Source: Anaerohalosphaeraceae bacterium
Lineage (GTDB): Bacteria > Planctomycetota > Phycisphaerae > Sedimentisphaerales > Anaerohalosphaeraceae
NCBI GenBank assembly: GCA_050309605.1
Contig: JBNRMN010000094.1
Location: 1 to 22,988, forward strand
Direction of reading: 5' to 3'
DNA: 22,988 bases
This document shows, one piece after another, positions 9,801 to 16,038 of the stretch. Positions within the stretch are counted from its first letter, which is position 1. Each line of letters starts with the position of its first letter. A program made the position numbers and the translations under genes. The notes beneath the pieces are model-generated. The model saw nothing but the letters and a program-made list of their open reading frames with translations, made no database searches and was not told the origin of the DNA.

Positions 9801-10187
9801 CCCGAAGTCGAACATGACCTTCAGGGCGAAGGCATGGACACGGGCATTCACAACGGTCGCCGCTGGCGTCACGGTTCCTGGATTCAATATACCCTTGATC
9901 CGCGGGGCGCCGAGGAGGTCATTCTGTCGGTGACTTACTCCGGTGATGACCGCGGTCGGCAATTTGATATTTTGGTCAACGGGACACGGATCGCCACCCA
10001 ACGGCTGACCGGCGAAAAACCGAATCACTTTGTTGAAAAACGCTATCCGATTCCCGCCGAGATACTTCAGGCCGCCGGAAGCGGTCGCCTTACGGTTCGG
10101 TTTACCGCACCTCGGGGACTGGCCGGGGGATTGTATGACGTGCGCCTGCTTCGGCCGGATGCTCCGGAGATTTTACCTTTTAATTAG
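6864..10187 (+). CDS. Secreted bifunctional protein: GH43 (xylosidase/arabinofuranosidase type) fused to a GH146/GH127 beta-L-arabinofuranosidase with extra C-terminal beta-sandwich domains
   Basis: Start uncertain (ATG 6864, ATG 6876, GTG 6888 or ATG 6900; MKLAAFIALTTVVCQCFG looks like the signal peptide). GH43 catalytic motifs: TADP, DIDPAVF, AEGPW. Second domain: LFSLSDVRLL, EGHTAGHYLSA, PWYNLHK, GLHANTQIPK, ESCNTYNMLRL, FWCCVGTGMEN, plus a C-terminal GEQQPEVEH-containing extension. Confidence 0.88.
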   Translation: MKKGMGGSVTRGMKLAAFIALTTVVCQCFGGNPIFRDVFTADPAALVVGDTVYVYVGRDNAKEGQFFTMPEWLCYSSKDMQNWTAHGPVMRPEEFSFARPNVAWAAHMIEKDGKFYFYTTLRRNNNNEHCIGVAVADNPLGPFKDARGTPLITDDMTTDSSRPNADIDPAVFIDDDGTAWMMWGNGDFYLVKLKPNMIELDGPIEKIPHKNVAEGPWLFKRGDMYYNVYAADVPGNPPEKIAYATAEKVTGPWTYRGLVTGSAKVGFTIHPAVIEFKGQWYFFYHCGSATINGVPGGDCRRSVRVEHLYFNADGTIQPITQTDEGVSLPPKVKKSSAQLFSLSDVRLLESPFSEAVQINRQYLLAHDVDRLLVPFRREAGLPPKAQPYGNWESMGLEGHTAGHYLSAMSQMMASGADPDGEFKRRLDYMIDELAVIQEAGGNGYLGGVSQSKDYWSRVAEGDVGLMHRRWAPWYNLHKMYAGLRDAYLLGGNPKARDLLVRYTDWCEQLTSGLSDAQMQQMLDVEYGGMNEALADVYAITGNQNYLNLAKRFNHRRIFEPLKNRQDRLTGLHANTQIPKIIGMQRIAELANDDQMHTGASFFWETVTQNRSVAFGGNSVSEHFNDPKDFSGMIAHREGPESCNTYNMLRLTEELFKAEPKAAYADYYERALYNHILASIHPHKPGYVYFTSIRPDHYRVYSQPEVAFWCCVGTGMENPGRYGAFIYAQANDQLYVNLFIPSELSLNVGGLVLRQETKFPDEPRTRLRLQLPKPATFALNIRHPAWVKADEFAIKVNGQSIDVESTPSSYAAIRREWNDGDTVEVELPMHLRTERLPDGSDWVAFLYGPIVLAKPGGTDRLDGLFADGSRMGQVAHGPMIPLDRVPTLLATEAEVLAHVVEDRTAGPLHFRIKDIIEPAEPEGLPLMPFFRLHERRYQMYWELTTAEQIAARKEKLAAQERARQAREAATIDWIAVGEQQPEVEHDLQGEGMDTGIHNGRRWRHGSWIQYTLDPRGAEEVILSVTYSGDDRGRQFDILVNGTRIATQRLTGEKPNHFVEKRYPIPAEILQAAGSGRLTVRFTAPRGLAGGLYDVRLLRPDAPEILPFN

Positions 10188-10194
10188 GAACTTT

Positions 10195-12576
10195 ATGATG
10201 ACACCTGTTTGCTGCAACGTTGTTGACGATGTCCGAATCCTCTTGGGTGGGTTCCTGATTTTCTTTGCCGCTTCTGCTTCGGCCCTTGCGGCCGAAAGGC
10301 ACGTATTTGAGGCTGAAAGCGCCGATCCTGTCGGCAGTGCCCCCAAGATGGCCGACAGTACGGCATCCGGAGGTTATCTGGTCGGTTTGACCAGCGACGG
10401 CCAGGGCCTTAAGTTTACCGACCTTCCTGCCGCCGAGAAAATGGCGATTCGCTATGCGTCGGTGGAAGTGGGCACGATCAGCGTTGCGGTCAACGATCAG
10501 CCGGCGCGCAAGGTGAACGTCCATTCCTCAGGCGCTGCTGCCGGTTCGTTTCTCTACGGGATAATTGATGTCCGGATACCTGCCGGCGGCGAGGTGACAC
10601 TAAGTCGGATGGCGGATGATGTTGCGGTCAATATCGATCAGATCATTGTCGGTGTCGGCGATTTGGGATTGCCGCCGGATATCTGGAATCTGCCGCCGCT
10701 GCCGGTGGCTGACGGTCCCTATTCGTCCGACTGGGAAGCGATCAGCCGACGTTATGTTGTGCCGCAGTGGTGGCGTGAAGCCAAGTTCGGCGCATGGTCT
10801 CACTGGAGTCCGCAATCCATGCCCGAACAGGGCGACTGGTATGCGCGCGGCATGTACATGGAAGGCCACCGGCAATACAACCACCATCTCCGACACTTCG
10901 GCCACCCCTCGGAATACGGCTATAAGGACATCTGCCATAACTGGGTCATTGACCGATGGGACCCGGACGAATTGATGGATCTCTATATTGAGATGGGGGC
11001 CCGTTACTTTATGGCCATGGGTGTTCACCACGACAACTTCGATTGCTGGGATTCGACCTATCAGCCATGGAACAGCGCAAATGTCGGACCCAAGGTGGAC
11101 ATTGTCGGCGTATGGGAAAAAATCGCACGTCAGCGCGGTCTGCGTTTCGGTATTGGTTTTCATAATACGCCGCCTCGAACCTGGGGCCAGTTCATGCCGG
11201 TGCGCTACACCAGCGACAGGAGAGGCCCGAAACAGGGTGTACCTTATGATGCGCTGCAAACGATCCTGGATGGAAAAGGAAAATGGTGGGAAGGTATGGA
11301 TCCGGTGGACCTTTACGGCCCGGTTCACACCAAAGAGAGGCCTTTGCAGTCACCTTTTGCCAACCAGTTTATGTGGCGGATAGATGATGCGATTACGAAG
11401 TACCAGCCGGATTTGATTTATTTTGATGAGCATGCGGGCGATTCACAAGTCGATTTGGGTGTTCACATGGGATTGGGTTTTCTTGCGCCCCGACTAATTG
11501 CAAATTATTACAACAAGTCCTTACAGTGGAATCAGGGAAAAATGGACGTTGTAATCAATCTTAAAGGGGTCGGTGGACCTTATAACAGCTTTCAAAATAA
11601 CCCTGAACTGATTCCAGTGGTTGACCGTGCTCTGGTCAAGAGTACCGAGGCGATCATCGAATCGCAAATCATGGCCTATCCTTTTCAAACCGAAACCACC
11701 ATTGCCGACTGGCACTACCAGACCGGACAGCGATATATGGATGCCAAAGCGATCATTGGATTGCTGATGCAGAACGTCTCGCGCAATGGCGCGATGTTGC
11801 TTAACCTCACCCAGCGCGGCCGCGGAGATTTGGACACTGAGGTAATCCGCATCAGCAAAGACGTCGGCGCATGGTTGAAAATCAACGGCGAAGCGGTTTA
11901 CGGCTCGCGCCCCTTTGAAGTCTGCAGTGAAAATTCAAATTCAGTCTTCTACACCCGCAACAACGGCTTTGTCTATGCCACGCTGCTGGATTGGGACGGT
12001 GGCCCCATCACACTCAACGCGCTGCGCGCCGGCGGCGCGACGCTGGGCAATGTGTCCAAGGTCGAACTGCTCGGCTCGGATGTCGCCCTGACGTTTGTTC
12101 AAGGCGATCAGGGGCTGACGGTAACGCCCGGCGGAACGGTACAGTCTTTGCCTGGGATCAGTGATCAGAATCTTGCCGCTGGATGTCGGGTTCTTCGTGT
12201 TACCCATGACAAAGGGTGGTTTAATGACGACGATCCTGGTGCAGCGGCGGCCGGATGGATGCGCCGCAGCAATCTGGGCAGCGGCGACTTCAACAATGAC
12301 CTCACAATCAGTGATACACCTGGTGATGTTTGGAGTTGTTCATTTAGCGGTATCGGTGTTACCGTTATTGCACCGAAAGAACCGGGGGCCGGTAAGATCG
12401 AGGTTCAAATCGACGGTCAAACCCGCGCAACGGCGGATCTGTCCACCTCAGGGGCGCGTCAAGTCCAGCAGGAGGTCTGTCAGGTGACAGCGCTGGAACC
12501 GGGCGAACACACGATTAGGATAATCAATCGGGGTCCCGGGCCGGTGGCTGTGGATGCCATAGTCGTTCAGAGATAG
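10195..12576 (+). CDS. GH29 alpha-L-fucosidase-family enzyme with an N-terminal CBM6/35-like module and a C-terminal beta-sandwich module, about 793 aa
   Basis: Start at ATG 10195 or 10198 after AGGA at 10186-10189, not 10030. Hydrophobic segment ILLGGFLIFFAASASALA. N-terminal FEAE...ASGGYLVG module. GH29 motifs: PQWWREAKFGAWSHW, HHDNFDCWDS, PDLIYFD (nucleophile Asp), VSRNGAMLLN, WLKINGEAVYGSRP. Confidence 0.88.
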   Translation: MMTPVCCNVVDDVRILLGGFLIFFAASASALAAERHVFEAESADPVGSAPKMADSTASGGYLVGLTSDGQGLKFTDLPAAEKMAIRYASVEVGTISVAVNDQPARKVNVHSSGAAAGSFLYGIIDVRIPAGGEVTLSRMADDVAVNIDQIIVGVGDLGLPPDIWNLPPLPVADGPYSSDWEAISRRYVVPQWWREAKFGAWSHWSPQSMPEQGDWYARGMYMEGHRQYNHHLRHFGHPSEYGYKDICHNWVIDRWDPDELMDLYIEMGARYFMAMGVHHDNFDCWDSTYQPWNSANVGPKVDIVGVWEKIARQRGLRFGIGFHNTPPRTWGQFMPVRYTSDRRGPKQGVPYDALQTILDGKGKWWEGMDPVDLYGPVHTKERPLQSPFANQFMWRIDDAITKYQPDLIYFDEHAGDSQVDLGVHMGLGFLAPRLIANYYNKSLQWNQGKMDVVINLKGVGGPYNSFQNNPELIPVVDRALVKSTEAIIESQIMAYPFQTETTIADWHYQTGQRYMDAKAIIGLLMQNVSRNGAMLLNLTQRGRGDLDTEVIRISKDVGAWLKINGEAVYGSRPFEVCSENSNSVFYTRNNGFVYATLLDWDGGPITLNALRAGGATLGNVSKVELLGSDVALTFVQGDQGLTVTPGGTVQSLPGISDQNLAAGCRVLRVTHDKGWFNDDDPGAAAAGWMRRSNLGSGDFNNDLTISDTPGDVWSCSFSGIGVTVIAPKEPGAGKIEVQIDGQTRATADLSTSGARQVQQEVCQVTALEPGEHTIRIINRGPGPVAVDAIVVQR

Positions 12577-12650
12577 ACACAGTTGATTGATTATGGAAGT
12601 TACAAACACTTACAATATGGGAATTTGCAATGAAAGAAAGGAATGATGCA

Positions 12651-14789
12651 ATGAAGAAAGTAATCCTCTTTGGGTGTATTGCGGCAGTGTTACTGATCGG
12701 CAGCATAGAAGCCGCACCGGCAGCTTCAGGCTCGTCCGCTGCGACGCAAGCGGCTCTGACAATCCCTTTTGAAACACCGTTGAAGTGGATTTCATCGGAT
12801 GTGCTGATTCGGCCGGTGTCCGATGAACGACACACGATTGTCTCCGTTAAAGACCCGACCATCGTCCGTTACAACGACTTGTGGCATGTTTATGCGACGG
12901 TATATTCCACCACCGCCAGAACCTGGACGATGGCCTATTTGAACTTCAAAGACTGGTCTGATGCTCCCAATGCCGAGCTGCAGTTTGTGGATGAGAATCC
13001 GAATTTGCGGGGGTACAAATGCGCGCCGCACCTGTTCTATTTCACACCGCACGAGAAGTGGTACCTGGTCTTTCAGTCGCAGCCGCCGCAGTATTGCACC
13101 ACCGATGATATTTCCAAACCGGAGACGTGGAGTGTGCCGCAGAACTTCTTCGACAGAATGCCTGCGAGCACGCCCCGGCTGCCGATTGACTACCACGTCA
13201 TCTGCGACGACACACACGCCTATCTGTTCTTTACCGGCGACGACGGTAATTTCTATCGCAGCCGAACCCGCATCGAGGATTTTCCCAAGGGGATGAGCGA
13301 TCCGGAGATTGCCATCCGAGATCATCGGAATAATCTTTTTGAGGGCAGCATCACCTACAAAATCAAGGGAACCGACCTCTATCTGACGCTCATCGAGGCC
13401 TTAAGTCCGGCCCGCTACTACCGTGCCTGGATTTCCGACCGGCTGGATGGGGAATGGATCCCGGTACCGGGCGCCGACACATGGGACAGTCCGTTTGCCG
13501 GCATCAACAATGTGAGATTTGCCGATGGCGTCGAACCCTGGACTCGAGACATCAGCCACGGGGAACTGATTCGCGACGGGTATGACGAAAAAATGATACT
13601 CGACCTTGACAATCTTCAGTTCCTTTATCAGGGGCGTGCTGTGGACAGCGGCGGACGTTATGAATTGCTGCCGTATCAATTGGGATTATTGACACTGGAT
13701 CGGCCGCAATCCGTTAAGGACGATGCCCAAACGACGGCCTCGGATACCGAGTTGCCGGCCCTGAAAGAGGTGTTTGAGGATTATTTTCTGATTGGCGGTG
13801 CATTCAACCGGAATCTGGTTTCGGGGCGGGACCCCCAGGCGGCCGAAATCGCGATCAAGCACTATAATACCGCAACGTCAGAGAATGATATGAAGTGGTC
13901 ATTGATCCACCCTCAGCCCGGTCAGTATAATTGGGAACCGGCCGACCGGTTTATGGAATTCTGTGAGACTCATCAGATGGTGCCCATCGGCCATACCCTC
14001 GTTTGGCACAGCCAGGTGCCGCGCTGGGTCTTCAGCGATGAGTCGGGAAATCCCCTGTCCCGTGAGGCGCTGCTGGCCCGGATGAAAGAGCATATCACAG
14101 CGGTCGCCGGTCGTTATAAAGGGCGCATCAAAGGGTGGGATGTCGTCAACGAGGCCCTGAACGACGACGGCACGCTGCGCAACAGTCCGTGGTTGAGAAT
14201 CATTGGCGAAGGAAAACCCGAACAGCAGTACGACCATATCGCCAAGGCCTTTGAATACGCTCATGCAGCCGATCCGGACGCGGAATTGTACTACAACGAC
14301 TACAGTCTGTCCACCTCACGCGCAAAGGCCGACGGGGCGGCGGCGATTGTCCGGCATCTGCAATCCAAAGGCATCCGTATCGACGGGGTTGGGATGCAGG
14401 TGCATGCGGGACTGACGTGGCCCGAGGTGGACGATCTGGAATACGCTATCAAGACCCTGTCGGCCACAGGGGTCAACGTGATGGTTACGGAACTGGATAT
14501 TCGCACGCGGACACGCGGGCCGCGCGGTGCGGAAATCACCCAAATCAGTCGCCGCACCACAGACGATCCGGAGGCGGCGTTGGCAGAAGTCCAGCAGAAA
14601 TTGGCCGATAAGTACGCCGAGATATTCTCCGTTTTGGTCAAACACAAAGACGTCATTCCGCGCGTTACATTTTGGGGTGTGTATGACGCGACCTCGTGGA
14701 TCGGCGGCTCGCCGCTGCTTTTTGACAGCCAGTATCAGCCCAAGCAGGCCTTTCACGCTGTGGTGCAGGTTGGACAGGAAAAGAAGTAA
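12651..14789 (+). CDS. Secreted bifunctional protein: GH62 alpha-L-arabinofuranosidase fused to a GH10 endo-1,4-beta-xylanase, 712 aa
   Basis: SD-like AAAGGA at 12637-12642, then ATG 12651 (signal peptide MKKVILFGCIAAVLLIGSIEA). GH62 motifs: SVKDPT, APHLFYF, LFEGS, WTRDISHGELIR, LQFLYQG. GH10 motifs: ENDMKW, GHTLVWHSQ, WDVVNEA, YYNDY, VTELDI, TFWGV. Confidence 0.92.
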   Translation: MKKVILFGCIAAVLLIGSIEAAPAASGSSAATQAALTIPFETPLKWISSDVLIRPVSDERHTIVSVKDPTIVRYNDLWHVYATVYSTTARTWTMAYLNFKDWSDAPNAELQFVDENPNLRGYKCAPHLFYFTPHEKWYLVFQSQPPQYCTTDDISKPETWSVPQNFFDRMPASTPRLPIDYHVICDDTHAYLFFTGDDGNFYRSRTRIEDFPKGMSDPEIAIRDHRNNLFEGSITYKIKGTDLYLTLIEALSPARYYRAWISDRLDGEWIPVPGADTWDSPFAGINNVRFADGVEPWTRDISHGELIRDGYDEKMILDLDNLQFLYQGRAVDSGGRYELLPYQLGLLTLDRPQSVKDDAQTTASDTELPALKEVFEDYFLIGGAFNRNLVSGRDPQAAEIAIKHYNTATSENDMKWSLIHPQPGQYNWEPADRFMEFCETHQMVPIGHTLVWHSQVPRWVFSDESGNPLSREALLARMKEHITAVAGRYKGRIKGWDVVNEALNDDGTLRNSPWLRIIGEGKPEQQYDHIAKAFEYAHAADPDAELYYNDYSLSTSRAKADGAAAIVRHLQSKGIRIDGVGMQVHAGLTWPEVDDLEYAIKTLSATGVNVMVTELDIRTRTRGPRGAEITQISRRTTDDPEAALAEVQQKLADKYAEIFSVLVKHKDVIPRVTFWGVYDATSWIGGSPLLFDSQYQPKQAFHAVVQVGQEKK

Positions 14790-14818
14790 ATCAGAATCAG
14801 ACGGGATGATTGTCAGCA

Positions 14819-15997
14819 ATGAATAACAGACGGTTGTTCGGTAGTGCCTGTTTTCTGACGCTGTGGACGTTATCCGTGGCCGGTCAGGCATTACCGTCTC
14901 TGAAAGATGCGTATAGAACGGCGTTCCGGATTGGCGCAGCGGTCAACGAGGAGATCGTTTCGGGCGCCGATTCGGCTTCTCGGCAGATTGTCGTCGCCCA
15001 GTTTAATTCCATCACGCCGGAAAATGAGATGAAGGCCGAAACGCTTCATCCTGAACCGGGTGTATGGAATTTCGCCCCGGCCGATCAAATGGTTGCGTTT
15101 GCGGAAAAATATAACCTGTTTCTGGTAGGGCACACCCTTGTCTGGCACAATCAAACGCCGGAGTGGTTTTTTCGAGACGCCGAAGGCAATCCCAACACGC
15201 CTCATGCCCAGATCGAACGGATGCGCAGTTATATCCGAACGGTGGCCGGACGCTATGCCGGTCGGGTCCATGCCTGGGATGTCGTCAATGAGATCATCGA
15301 CAATGACGGTTCGTATCGGCCCACCGCATGGGTCAACACCATCGGCAGCGGCGAGGATCTGGTTAAACTGGCGTTTACGTTTGCTGCGGAATATGCACCG
15401 GATGCCGAGTTGTATTACAACGATTTCAATGCCTGGCGCCCGGCCAAACGAGACGGGATCGTGCGTATGGTCAAGATGCTTCAGGCCGAAGGCATCCGCA
15501 TTGACGGGATTGGTATTCAGGGTCATTGGGGCCTTAATTATCCCAAGGCCGAGTATATTGACGCTGCCATCGATGCGTATGCCGCGATGGGGATTAAGGT
15601 TATGATTACCGAGCTGGATGTCGATGTCCTGCCCTTGACTCGGGAAGGGCAGATCATTGGCCAGGTGATGAGCGACCCGCAGTTTCAATTGGAAGAATTC
15701 AAGGCGTTTCTGGACCCCTACGCAAACGGGCTTCCCGACGCCGTGCAGCGGCAGTTGGCTGATCGCTATGCGGAGTTATTCGGGATTTTTTACAGAAAGC
15801 GAGACAAGATTGATCGAGTTGCACTCTGGGGTGTGCATGACGGGATGTCGTGGAAGAACGATTACCCGGTTCCGAACAGAACCAATTACCCCTTGTTGTT
15901 CGACCGAAACAGGCAGCCTAAATCCGCATTTGAGGCGGTGCTGAAAGTACCGTCTCAATTGCAGCAGCGCAGGCTTGAGCCGGATGGAGTTCTTTGA
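14819..15997 (+). CDS. GH10 endo-1,4-beta-xylanase with signal peptide, 392 aa
   Basis: ATG 14819 (the ORF track uses TTG 14810); signal peptide MNNRRLFGSACFLTLWTLSVAG. Motifs: TPENEMK, GHTLVWHNQTP, WDVVNE, YYNDFN, GIQGHW, MITELDV, RTNYPLLFD. Confidence 0.94.
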   Translation: MNNRRLFGSACFLTLWTLSVAGQALPSLKDAYRTAFRIGAAVNEEIVSGADSASRQIVVAQFNSITPENEMKAETLHPEPGVWNFAPADQMVAFAEKYNLFLVGHTLVWHNQTPEWFFRDAEGNPNTPHAQIERMRSYIRTVAGRYAGRVHAWDVVNEIIDNDGSYRPTAWVNTIGSGEDLVKLAFTFAAEYAPDAELYYNDFNAWRPAKRDGIVRMVKMLQAEGIRIDGIGIQGHWGLNYPKAEYIDAAIDAYAAMGIKVMITELDVDVLPLTREGQIIGQVMSDPQFQLEEFKAFLDPYANGLPDAVQRQLADRYAELFGIFYRKRDKIDRVALWGVHDGMSWKNDYPVPNRTNYPLLFDRNRQPKSAFEAVLKVPSQLQQRRLEPDGVL

Positions 15998-16038
15998 CGT
16001 ATGAGTACCTTATGGATATACACGAAAGGAAAAACCGA

